Assembly: GCA_951406725.2 (NCBI GenBank)
Contig: OX597818.1
Location: 96,968,001 to 97,032,000 of the forward strand
Source of the DNA: Octopus vulgaris
Taxonomy: Eukaryota
DNA length: 64,000 bases
Direction of reading: 5' to 3'
Positions within the stretch are counted from its first letter, which is position 1, and each line of letters begins with the position of its first letter. Positions 11,974 through 23,824 of the stretch are shown here, piece after piece. The translations under genes were made by a program, and so were the position numbers. The notes below the pieces were generated by a model, which did not search any database, was not told the DNA's origin, and saw only the letters and a program-made list of their open reading frames with translations.

Positions 11974-12493
11974 AAATTTTGCTTTATATGTATGTATTTG
12001 TATGTATTGTAACAAACAGCTCGGTTTCTTTCTCTAACATTTTACATAGTTGAAACTACACAATGTATGAAAAACAAAATAGGAAATTTGAACAAAGTAT
12101 CTATAAAACTTAGTTTTTAACATCAAATGGCTATGGGGCCTACCAGAATAAAATAGTGATTAAAGGCGTCCGTAAATGAAAAAAAAAAAATGGTTGAGGA
12201 CCCCTGCTCTACGTTGTTATTTGTTATTCTTACGATAGAAGTAGCATGGCACCTCCCTCTCTTTTTCTCTCTCTATTTCTCAAACACACGCACACACACA
12301 AACCACATCCTACTGTCTCTTCCCCTAAGCATAGACTACTTTTAGAAATTCACGCGAGAAACAAGCTTTTTACCACACAGCCATGCATGCACCTCAAAGT
12401 TTTTGATATTTATACAGCATTTCCTTAAATACATTGAGAAATATTTGCCAGTTCAGTTTCTGTTGACAACACATGTAGCCCAGCTTGATCTAT

Positions 12494-12945
12494 CATCATC
12501 ATCATCGTTTAACGTCTGTTTTCCATGCTAGCATGGGTTGGACGGTTCGACTGGGGTCCGGGAAGCTAGGAGGCTATGCCAAGCTCCAGTCTGATCTGGC
12601 AGTTTCTACAGCTGGATGCTCTTCCTAATGCCAACTACGCCGTGGGTGTAGTGGGTGCTTTTTACGTGTCACCGGCACAGGGGCCAGAGGAGGCTGGCAA
12701 ACAGCCACGATCGGTTTGTGCTTTTTACGTGTCACCAGCACGGACGCCAGTCAGGTGGTGCTGGCATCAACCACGTTCGGATGGTGCTTTTTACGTGCCA
12801 CCAGCACAGGTATCTTAACTACAATTTCCATTTGATTTTTATTTTGATGTTGGTGTTGACGTTGACGTACTTGACTCAATAGGTCTCCTCAAGAACAGTG
12901 GGTCACTCTACGATCCAAGGTTAGTACAGCAGGCCGTCCTGCGAA
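12494..12945 (-). mobile_element. RTE LINE 3'UTR fragment
   Basis: (GAT)n tail and 3'UTR shared with the 2960 copy. Confidence 0.8.
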
Positions 12946-13190
12946 ACACAAAAACCATAGCAACAATGACGATCAACACTCTTCACAACAGACTCAACAA
13001 TTATGCAGCAATTAACTGATCTCCCTTTATTTAAATCTATTTATAGTTAAATAGATTATAGAGTCTTTGACAGGAATGATCTACACAAGCTAATAAAAGA
13101 CACATCAATTATATAGTATTATTGATACTCGGAGCAGTTAACTCTGTCTCTTGTATCATACACTATTTATAGTTAAATAGATTATGTCAG

Positions 13191-13789
13191 GGGAGGGGGC
13201 TCCAAAAGGGGTCTCAGGGAGTAGTGTCCCTGCCTTCCTGAGTTAGTTTTCCACCATATTTCTTAAAAATCGTGGTAGAGGCCTTGACCTTGGGACCACT
13301 CATGTCTAGAAACTGAGGTTGGGGGTAAGCAAGGACATGCTCCCCATAGAAAATCCAGCTCTGAGGAAGCCGCATGATAGCAAAGGAGAATGGGTACCAC
13401 CCAGCCCAAAGGTTGGGGTGGGCTAAGATTGGTTTGAAAAAGGGGGATGGCCAAGACGAGATGGTGTAATTTTCGTTTTAGGCGGCGAGCTGGCAGAATC
13501 GTTAGCACACCAGGCGAAATTCTTAGCGGTATTTCGTCTGCCACTATGTTCTGAGTTCAAATTCCGCCATGGTCAACTTAGCCTTTCGTCCTTTCGGAGT
13601 CGATTAAATAAATACCAGTTATGTAATCGGCTTAATCCCTTTGTTTGTCTCCTCTATATTTAGCCTCTTGTGAGCAATAAAGAAATAAGACAGCGAGATG
13701 GTGTGAGGGCAGTTGCTATGGCATTGAGGTAGATCCGGCCACCCCCATTAACGGGGACAAACCGAGATTTAAAACACTGGATGATGATG
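13191..13789 (+). mobile_element. Short RTE-related retroposon with (GAT)n tail and a nested SINE (13481-13690)
   Basis: 14-bp TSD ATAGATTATGTCAG at 13177-13190 and 13790-13803. The nested SINE is flanked by CGAGATGGTGT repeats. Confidence 0.7.
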
Positions 13790-15324
13790 ATAGATTATGT
13801 CAGTGAGAGTTAACTGTCTTTGACAAAGATGATACAGAAACTCTTCAGTAGTAGACAAACATTACAGTAACACCTGCTCACCTCACTTTATTCCTCCCCA
13901 CCATTAAAACACCTTTCCTTTCCACTTCTTCCTCCCTTTCTATTTTCTGTCTTTTGTTTTCTTTCCCTTCTTTTATTTCTTCTTTTTTATTTCTCCTCTT
14001 TTTCCCTTTATATCGTTTCCTTTTTCTCCTTCACGCACATATATGTGCATGTGAATTCCATCATTTCTTCAGTCATAACTTACCTGAAGGCTTTGTACCC
14101 CCACAAGAGAAACCCAAAGTAGCAAAAGGCTGACTTAATCAAAATTAAAATATTAATCTCTGCTATATGATTGAGTACTCTTTCTTGCAGCAGTCAACAC
14201 TAAATGCATGCTACGACTTATTTATGACAGTAACCAGTAAAAGCATTAGAGAATATTATTTATTCTAAAGGCAGCGAGCTGGTAGAATCGTTAGCACACT
14301 GGTGTTAGCAGTATTTTGTCTGCCACTAATCGAATTAATCCCTTTGTCTGTCCTTGTTTGTCCACTCTATGTTTAGCCCCTTGTGGGTAGTAAAGAAATA
14401 GGTATTTCGTCTGCCATTACGTTCTGAGTTCAAATTCCGCTGAGGTCGACTTTGCCTTTCATCCTTTCAGGGTCGATAAATTAAGTACCAGTTACGCACT
14501 GGGGTAATTGACTTAATGTCCTTGTTTGTCTCCTCTATGTTTAGTCCCTTGTGGGCATTAAAGAAATAAGAATGTTATTTATTCTAAATCTCTGCACTCT
14601 GAGTTTCAAATTCTACTAAGGTCAACTTTATCTTTCATCATTTTAGGGTCAATAACAAAAAATTATATATCTAGGACAGTGGACAGGCAGAACTGTAAGA
14701 ATGTTGGACCAAATGCCTTGCAATATTTATTCGTTCTTTTAATTCTTTCATAGTTTATTTGAGTGGCAGGCTTAACTTGTTGCCAAGTTTAACATCAATT
14801 CTTTACACATGTGGTCAAAAATAACAGTACATTTCACAGATTTCTTACCAAACCTAGACCTACTCAAAAATGGATAAAACAATGGTTTCAATTATAACAG
14901 ATGAAAATTGTTTAAGTTCTTATAAAGGTAAAACAAGGAGGCCCCTAAAGATCAGAAGAGAGGTGCATAAAAAACCTTTGGCTCCTGTGATACTAATCTA
15001 CTTGAGGCTACCTCTGGTTCAGTTATACGAATGTCATGTTTATAGTGACCTATATTAAAACCTACCATCAAAATTTTATGTTAATTTATATTCCAAACAC
15101 TAGTTTAATAATGATAAAGTTATTTTTCAAATTCTTCATTAGTTTCAAAATTAATTGACACAAAATTAATGCAATTCATTAGAAATATGATAATGAAAGG
15201 CTAATGAGAGAAGAAAACCTAGTACTGATGATGTCCAGAGATGAAAGCAACTGAAACACAGACTTTCATTTCTAACAAAGGGATTAATATTCAGAAGAAT
15301 TATAATCTCATTTTAGTACTTTTT

Positions 15325-15558
15325 GATTTGGTTTGCAAGATTCTTTATATGAGTTCGTGTGTTGAAGCATATTCTGTTGTGTCTGGGGAGAGTCATTTTC
15401 TTTTTGTGCCTTATAATGTAACACACTCACCAGTAAAATTTCCACTTCTTTCTTACTTTTATTTTCCTAAAATTTTCGTTGCATCTTGCAACCTTTTCAA
15501 TAGTCTTGACATTATAAGGCACAAAAAGAAAATGACTCTCCCCAGACACAACAGAAAA
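15325..15558 (-). mobile_element. Short repeat with inverted partial copy (Penelope-like fold-back architecture)
   Basis: Same sequence as 29291-30051. ctgttgtgtctggggagagtc.. is followed by its reverse complement. Confidence 0.55.
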
Positions 15559-15617
15559 TACTTAAAAGTGTTATTCAACAAAATAATAATTCAACATTAT
15601 TAACATAGAATACGTAC

Positions 15618-15780
15618 ATAAATTGCTTTGCATTCAAATTACTTCTCTGCTGAATTAACTTAATCTTTTCACGGTCCATCTCCATGAACATTTTACGGGT
15701 CAGTACACGCTGCATCATCTGTTGTTTCATTCTCTTCCAATCCATATTGTTTTTCGATAGAGCCGTAGGTAGTTTAGCAC
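15618..15780 (-). CDS. CCDC15: CCDC15-like exon (GAKLPTALSKNNMDWKRMKQQMMQRVLTRKMFMEMDREKIKLIQQRSNLNAKQF)
   Basis: 163 nt, phase 1-2, tgcag|GT and AT|gtacgt. RKMFMEMDRE resembles the conserved CCDC15 RRLFMDIERE motif. Confidence 0.78.
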
Positions 15781-16111
15781 CTGCAATATCATCGTAACTA
15801 TGATACCAACAGAGATGTAAGAACAACGGAGTAAATCAGATAAATGGTAAGTGGTTTCGTGGCTACAGTTCTAAACTGCATCTAAACTGCATTCTCAAAG
15901 TTAATTTATTAGAGATGATAAAACAGCTACAAATGTGAGCATGAATACTGCTATTAAAGGAAATAATGATGAAGAACTCTCAAGCCTATTCCTGTTGTGA
16001 AAAGTATGTATAAGCACCTAATTACTGTCAATGTAGCATTACAAACATGAAATCTTACCCTGCTAGGCTGATACTTTATTGACTTAGTTATTTCCAATTC
16101 TCTGATATTCG

Positions 16112-16580
16112 TTAGCCGCTCTGGCAATGATCACACTCGGATGGTGCTCCTAGCACCCTACTAGCATGGGGCACAAGTGCCTTACTGGCACTTATGCCCT
16201 GTGTTAGTAGGGTGCTAAGAGCACCATCCGAGCATGATCGTTGCCAGAGCAGCTATCTGGCCTCCATACCAGTGGCACGTAAAAGACACCATTCGAGTGT
16301 GATCGTTACCAGCATCGCCTAACTGGCACCTGTGCCGGTGGCATGTGTAAAAAGATTTGAGCGAGGTCGTTGCCAGTACCGCCTGACTGGCCCCCGTGCC
16401 AGTGGCATGTAAAAGCACCCACTGCACTCTCGGAGTGGTTGGTGTTAGGAAGGGCATCCAGCTGTAGAAACTCTGCCAGATCTTGATTGGAGCCTGATGC
16501 AGCCATCTGGTTCGCCAGCCCTCAGTCAAATCGTCCAACCCATGCTAGGATGGAAAGCGGACGTTAAACGATGATGATGA
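16112..16580 (+). mobile_element. RTE LINE 3'UTR fragment with 5' fold-back
   Basis: Tandem ~60-nt units, ggtgttaggaagggcatccagc motif, (GAT)n tail. The 5' end is an inverted duplicate. Similar 3'UTR pieces at 5203, 18385 and 24470. Confidence 0.8.
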
Positions 16581-16951
16581 TAAATGAGGCTGAAAAAGTA
16601 TATATATTTCTTCTTTCCCCACTTCATTTATGTTTAATTTTGAATTCTAATGGCTACTTTACTCTTTCACAATAACAATGGCTATATTACTTGTTGGCTG
16701 CTGCCAGCTCAACCATCCCCTCCATGGTTCTTGACAAACTAGGCCCAGTCACCAACCTATCATAAGTTCCTTTGGTAACTGACTGCCCCTCTTCCTCTTA
16801 CATCATGGAGACATGTATTATTCTCAGAGGCCAAGGAACAACCATGGTGAACTCCTCTATGACAAACTCTATCCTCATGCCTACATGAGAGAGATACGTG
16901 GCCTCTTCAATTGAAGGCTAAGAGGTTATGTGCTCTGAACAAACCCATTAA

Positions 16952-17162
16952 CCCATTCGTTACCAACCCGGCTGTGGCTCTGTAGTACGAATGTCTTGTT
17001 TTCATAAGTTTTGAATTAAAATCTTCCATCAAACCTTAGTCACAATTTATGTTCCTAACACTAGCTTAATGATGGCTAAGTTATTTTACTAAATTCTTTG
17101 TTATATTTTAAATAATTGAAAGAAACACAGAGCAACTCAAAATAAATACGGTAACGAAAAGG
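16952..17162. mobile_element. piggyBac-like MITE
   Basis: TTAA|CCCATTCGTTACC ... GGTAACGAAAAGG|TTAA. Partial relatives at about 15055 and 57140. Confidence 0.75.
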
Positions 17163-17546
17163 TTAATATATAAAACAGACCCTGCTTTAATCTCACAGAG
17201 ACATGAACTCTGCATGCCACACTATCAGTAACCTATCTAGGAGAATAGTAACACTGAATAAAAATTGATACAGAATAGGGAAATACTTCAGTTTTCTTTC
17301 TGACAGACTCTCTAGTCTTGCATCACAATAAAATACACCCAGTCAATGCCATAATGTAATTGATGATATGAAAAAAGCATCCATCTGAAATATTATGCTA
17401 AAAAGAGAAATAACTAACACAGATGTACCTTCCACGAGCCACAATGCAGCAACCTAACAAAGAAGGAAGTAACTAAATAAAAACTTATATAAAGGAGACT
17501 CTTTAGTCCCTCTTTCAGCTAACCTCTCTAGTTAAAATACACTTAA

Positions 17547-17894
17547 CCCTTTAGAATTTAAACCTGCCATATCTAGCCAATTTATTCTACCTGTTTTAGG
17601 TTCAAATTGGTCAGATCCAGCCTCTTACACCTGCCCTACATTCTAAAAATAAAGTCACATCATCAAAATCTCAAAGTTATGAGATAATGCCTGATTAATT
17701 CTTTTACTTTTTTACTTGTTTCAGTCATTTTGACTGTGGCCATGCTGGAGCACCGCCTTTAGTTGAGCAAATCGACCCCAGGACTTATTCTTTGTAAGTC
17801 TAGTACTTATTCTATCGGTCTCTTTTGCCGAACTGCTAAGTTACAGGGACGTATACACACCACCATCAGTTATCAAGCTATGTTGGGGGGACAA

Positions 17895-17925
<31 letters not shown>

Positions 17926-18317
17926 CATATATACGATGGGCTTCTTTCAGTTTCCATCTACCAAATCCACTCACAAGGCTTTAGTCGGCCCGAGGCTATA
18001 GTAGAAGACACTTGCCCAAAGTGCTACGTAGTGGGACTGAACCCGAACCATGTGGTTCATAAGCATGCTACTTACCACACATACACACGCATATACAACG
18101 GGCTTCTTTCAGTTTCCAACTACCAAATCCACTCACAAGGTTTTAGTCGGCCCGAGGCTATAGTAGAAGACACTTGCCCAAGGTTCCACACAGTGGGACT
18201 GAACCCTGAACCATGTGGGTTGTAAGCAAGCTACTTAGCACACAGCCACTCCTATGCCTCTAAACAATGTAAATAGACAAGCACTGCATCTGACAGAATA
18301 ATCTGAATGCTAAAAGG
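17547..18317. mobile_element. piggyBac-like MITE with nested SINE copies
   Basis: TTAA|CCCTTTAG ... GCTAAAAGG|TTAA. Relatives at about 49880-50235 and 57843-58030. Confidence 0.7.
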
Positions 18318-19154
18318 TTAAAATACACTTAATCATGATAGACTGCATAGAGTTCATGCTGTAAAGTGTTTGGTTATAGAAGGGCATCATCATCATCGCT
18401 TAACGTCCACTTTCCATGCTGGCATGGGTTGGACGATTTGACTGAAGTCTGGCGAACCAGATGGCTGCACCAGACTCCAATCTGATCTCGCAGAGTTTCT
18501 ACAGCTTGATGCCCTTCCTAACACCAACCACTCCAAGAGTGTAGTGGGTGCTTTTACGTGCCAGTCAGGTGGTATTAGCAATGGCCACGCTCAAATGGTG
18601 CTTTTTATGTGCCACCTGCACAGGAGCCAGTCCAGCAGCACTGGCAACGACCTCGCTCAGATGTTTTTCACATGCCACCAGCACAAGTGCCAGTAAGGTA
18701 ACGCAGGTAGCGATCACGCTCAAATGGTTCTATTTTTACGTGCCACCAGCACAGAGGCCAGCTTATTGCTCTGGCAATGATCACGCTCATATGGTACTCT
18801 TAGCACTCCACTAACACGGATAAAAACATGTTAAACAGATATAACAACGAAGATTGAAATGGTATGTTTTATTTTCAATGGTTTGGTCTGGAATAAATGG
18901 TTTGTGTCATGTCCTTTACAGATCTCCAGTGACCAGTGAGATCAATGCAACTGATGCTCTTGTTGAACACCTCCAGGTAGATGGATGTGGAGAGAAACAT
19001 GAGTGTGCGGGAATAAGACAAGTTTAGTAGTGTGTGAGATATAGAGACATAACTAAGAAGACCCACTTTCAGAACAGGAAGGTCTGTGGCTAATGGTGAA
19101 ATTCTGTGCGATATGTCCAATAATTACCAGTCTGGAAAAGATGATGTAAAATAG

Positions 19155-19490
19155 AGTTGTTGTTGATGATGATGACAATGGTAGCATCAACAATGGGGGG
19201 GGGGACAATGACAACAACAACAGCAATGATAATGAAGAATGGTAATGATGGTGACCATGATGATGATGATGTTCATGATGACAAGAACAAAGAGCAGAAA
19301 GGAGAATGTTGTGGTGGCAGTGGTGGTGATGATGACAACAACAACAAAGAATGATGATGATAATTATGATGTTCATGAGGACAACAAAGAAGAAAAAGAA
19401 GAATGATTGAGGTGGTGATGATGATGAGGAGGATGGAGAGGAATGTGGTAGTGGTGAAAATGGTGGACGTGAAGTCAACAGCAGCAGCCA
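19155..19490. repeat. Degenerate trinucleotide low-complexity tract (GAT/CAA/GGT)
   Basis: Runs of gat, caa and ggt. Produces the poly-amino-acid ORFs. Confidence 0.8.
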
Positions 19491-19697
19491 TACCTCATAG
19501 GTACAAAACACTGAAATGCTCCTGTACCTTTTTAGAACAGGTTTTCTCTACAAAGCAGCTAATTACAACATCAATATTTTATTCCTTCAAAGTCACTTCT
19601 TGTACAATGAAATAAATAAAAAAAAAAACAATTGAAAATGTAAATAAATTCAAAGAACATACAACTTTTCTAAGCTGTGACAAAAGAAAACACATAC

Positions 19698-19764
19698 CTA
19701 TGCCGTTATTAAAGTTCTTTACCATTTTCTTATAATCTAATGGAAAAGAAATTTTTCCAGATGC
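19698..19764 (-). CDS. CCDC15: CCDC15-like exon (ASGKISFPLDYKKMVKNFNNGI-G)
   Basis: 67 nt, ttttattttctag|GCA acceptor, ATAG|gtatgt donor. Phase 0-1 links the flanking exons exactly. Confidence 0.7.
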
Positions 19765-20009
19765 CTAGAAAATAAAATATTTTTTAATAAATTTCAGTTT
19801 TTTTTCTTCTTCATTTCTTCTGACTTCTAAAGTTCAATTCTGAAATTTAAATATTAAATGTGGTTGATTCCAGCCTGCACAAAGTTCTCTTGTTCTTTAA
19901 TAATATTACACCCTGAACTCACCTATTACTTTACTCTAAAACATATATATTGAGTTCTAACTAATAATTATTAGCATCACTCAGCCAAAGTGAAATCATT
20001 ATATACATA

Positions 20010-21570
20010 CCAGGTGGTATCAAAAAGCTCCCAGACTAGTTCTGTAGTGTGCCAACAGATGGCAGCACATGGTTATGTGCAAAGTGAGAGTCTGCAGTGA
20101 CCTTCATGAGGCAATGTGCCAAGTGATATTATTGTGTTTAGTTTGCAAGTTGTGAAATTTGTGTTTTGGAGATCATGTATATGCTGTAGTCTATGGTTTT
20201 TGTCATTAACAGGAAGTTGGAACAAAGAGCCTACATGAAATTTTGCATTAAACTTGGGAAGTCTGCAACAGATATTGAGCATGATTCAAGAAGCTTATAG
20301 TGACAAGGCAATCAGTTGTACACAATGTTTTAAGTTATTTCTTTACTGCCCACAAGAGGCTAAACATAGAGGGGACAAACAAGGACAGAGAAAGGGATTA
20401 AGTCGATTACATCGACCGCAAAAGGATGAAAGGTAAAGTCGACCTCAGTGAAACTTGAACTCAGAACATAGCAGCAAACGAAATACCGCTAAGCATTTCG
20501 CCCAGCATGCTGACGTTTCTGCCAGCTTGCTGCCTTATGTTCCAAGTGGCATGGGTGCTTCATAAGTGGAGGAAAATCCCTGAAAAACCTGCCATGACCA
20601 TCACCCCCAAAAATGCGGAGAAAATTCATCAGCTTGTGCATGGGGATCGTCAGAGGACAACCAACAACATTGCTGATGTTGTTGATCTATCATATGGGTC
20701 CTTGAAGGCAATCCTAACATCTGAATTGAACATGTGTGCCTCTGCCAAGTTTGTCCTCCACCAGCTGACCACTGAGCAGAAAGAAAATTGCACTGTGGTC
20801 TGTCAAGATCTCTGTCAGTGCACTGCTGAAGACCCATCCCTCATGTCGAGGATCATCACCAGTGAAGACAGTTGGGTCCACATGTACAACCCTGATGAAG
20901 CAGCAGTCATAACAACAGAAGGGCTTTTCATCTTCATGACAGAGCCACAGCTCAACCAAGAGCACACTCATCGTTTTTTTTCAACATCTGCAGTAGTGAG
21001 CATCAAGAATTCTTCCTCCAGCGCCAGACCGTCAATTGAGAGTTCTGCTATGATGTTTTGAAGTAATTGATGGAGGACATTCAACAAAAGCAATTGGATC
21101 TGTGGAACACAAAGAATTGGATTCTTCATGCTGACAATGTATCGTATCACTGAGCTCTCCTCACATGTGAGCTTCTCGCCAAGCAGAACATAGTATCACT
21201 TCCACACCCACCCTATTTACTACACCCACCCTATTCGCCACACCCACCCTATTCACCACACCCACCCTATTCGCCACACCCACCCTATTCGCCAGATTTA
21301 GCACCTGCAAAACTTCCATCTCTTCTCCAAAATGAAAATGCAGCTCAAAGGTCGTTATTTCAACGCAGTTTTCAAGATCCAGAGCCAATCCCAGAAGGTC
21401 CTCTCTTACAGAAAACAATTTCCAGGCTGGATTCCAAAAGTAGCAAGAAAGCTGGAACTGATATATCACTGCACAAGGTGACTATTTCAAAGGAAATGAT
21501 GTTAAAACTTAGGTAAATAATTTATTTTTCATTAAATATAACTAATCCAGGAACTTTTTGATACCACTTA
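20010..21570 (+). mobile_element. Decayed mariner transposon with nested SINE (20335-20537)
   Basis: TA flanks, TIRs gtggtatcaaaaag(c/t)tcc. Transposase remnants DRQRTTNNIAD, SAKFVLHQLT, RIITSEDSWV, LHADN and HPPYSPDLAP. Confidence 0.88.
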
Positions 21571-21611
21571 TATGTCTGTATGTATATAATATACATATAA
21601 ATGCACATATA

Positions 21612-21660
<49 letters not shown>

Positions 21661-21749
21661 TCACTCTCCCTCTGTATATATGTGTATGTGTGTGTATAAA
21701 TTTATAAAAATATGTATAAATTATGTATATATATATATATATATATACA

Positions 21750-22790
21750 ATCATCATCATCATCATTTAGCATCCACTTTTGATGCTGGCATGGGTTAGA
21801 TGGTTTGACTGGAACTGATAAGCCAGAGAGCTGCACCAGGTTCCAGTCTAATTTTGGCTTGGTTTCTACAACTGGATGCCCTTGCTAACACCAACCACTC
21901 CAAGAGTGTAGAGGGTACCTTTAACATGTCACTGGAACAGGTGTTTTTATGTGTCACTGGCATGGGTGCTTTTACATGTCACTAGCAGGGGTGTTGTTAA
22001 ATGTCACCAGCATCGGCCACAACTACAATTTCACTTGGCTTGACAAGTCTTCTCAAGCACAGCTAATCGCCAAAGGTCATGATCACTCATCATCACTTCA
22101 AAGTTCATGCTTCACCACCTTATCCCATGTCTTCCTGGATCTACCTCTCACACAGATTCCCTCCACAGTTAGAGATCAGCACTTCTTTACACAGCTGTCC
22201 TAATCCATATGCATTGCTTGACCATACCAATGCAGTTGTCTCTCTTGAACACCATATCTGCTGCCTCTTATGCCCAATTTTTCTCTCAAGATGCTTACAC
22301 TCTGTCATACATACATACTGACATTGCACATCCAGCAGATTATATTGGATTCATTTCTTTCAAGCCTTTACATGTCCTCTGCAGTCACAGCCTATGTATC
22401 ACTGCCATATGGTATAGCTGTCTGCACACAGGCATCATACTGTCTGATTTTTAGTCTGAGGGAGAGGTCCTTTGTTGCCAACAGAGATAGGAGCTCTCTG
22501 AACTTTGCCCAGCCTATTCTTATTCTATCAGCTACACTCTCAGAGAATCCACCTCCACTGCTGACTTGGTAACCTAGATAACGAAAAGCTATCAACTACT
22601 TCTAAGTATCCCATCTGGTACTTGATGGTGTCTACTTTCTGTACATTTCTAGTGTTTATTGTTCCTGTGCATCTGCCACACACAAAGACTTTTTCCCTGT
22701 TAACCTTCCTCTGATATTGCTGCACCTCTTATGTGTCCATAGCTTGCACTGTGTACATCTTATGAAGTTTCTACCTACACCTTTTCCTAC
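21750..22790 (-). mobile_element. RTE LINE 3' fragment (older)
   Basis: FRYLG..RIRIGWAKFRELL motif and (GAT)n tail. Confidence 0.8.
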
Positions 22791-23575
22791 ATATAAGTTT
22801 TAGGGTTAGTGACAAACAAAATATACACCACCGGAAGTTCTTGTTGACAAACAACAGCAGTAATTTTATTCAGCTGAATACACATCATTGATTGGTTGAA
22901 ATTACCGAAATACAAGAACTTTAAGGTGAAATTACTTCGTAAATCTAAGTTTTTTCTCAAAAATGCTAAGAGTAAAACATGTTTTATATAACACATTCTA
23001 CCAGTGTCCGAAGTTTGAAAGTGTTTAGTTACAAAAAATTATTTTTTAAATCTGCTGGTTAAAGTGAAAAGATTGAATGATAATAATCCTTTCTACTATA
23101 AGCACAAGGCCTAAAATTTTGGGGAAGGAGCCTAGTCAATTACATCGACCCCAGTACTCAACTGGTACTTAATTTATCAACTCCAAAAGGTGAAAGGCAA
23201 AGTTGATCTTGGCAGAATTTGAACTCAGAACATAAGGACAGGCAAAATGCCGAGTGGAATTTTGCCTGGCATGCTAATGATTCTGCCAGTTTGCCACTTT
23301 ATAATAAGTAAAAATAATTAAGAACAGCCAGGATTGTTTGAAAGGTTCTTGATATCTAAAGAAACTAGTTGTGACCCAGTATCAAGAACACTGATTCTAA
23401 ATGTAACACATTTGTGCACGCCTTTAAATAATAATTTCTTAGATTGGCACAAGACCACAAATTATCTTCATCCTGGTGCTTAACTGGTTTATTTTAGTGA
23501 CCTTAAAATATGACCCTAAAACATTAAGAGACAAAGACAATCCCTGCATAAAGTGAACAACAGTAATAAACTTAC

Positions 23576-23824
23576 TTCTTTTGTCTTATCAGAGCTAACA
23601 GATACGACAGTTTTTCCTGGATTTAATTTGGCAGTACCAGTTGTTAAATTATTTATAGTTGTGTGATTTGATTTACAATGATTCTTGGGTTTGTTTAATG
23701 TAGTATCAACATTACCAGAATCTGCTATGAATTGTTCAGTCTGGGAAGTTTTGTTGGTATTTTGCTGGGATGATTGTAATTCAGTATTCATGCAGTTTCT
23801 CAAGACATCTTGGGCTACATCAAG
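23576..23824 (-). CDS. CCDC15: CCDC15-like exon (LDVAQDVLRNCMNTELQSSQQ...SSDKTKE)
   Basis: 249 nt open frame, tttcag|CTT acceptor, GAA|gtaagt donor, phase 0-0. Confidence 0.75.

Larger units (their letters stand above)
11060..12206. mobile_element. hAT (Charlie-like) non-autonomous element hosting two nested insertions
   Basis: Termini CAGCGGTTCTGAACC and GGTTGAGGACCCCTG. 8-bp flanks CTTTACAT/CTCTACGT match at 6 of 8. Confidence 0.6.

Noticed and set aside
15225-15265. CTGATGA..CAG/CTG..GAAAC hammerhead-like string
   Set aside because: No NUH cleavage triplet or convincing stem I after GAAAC, and only a single occurrence.
19053-19615. Poly-amino-acid ORFs
   Set aside because: Trinucleotide low-complexity DNA without splice-consistent placement.
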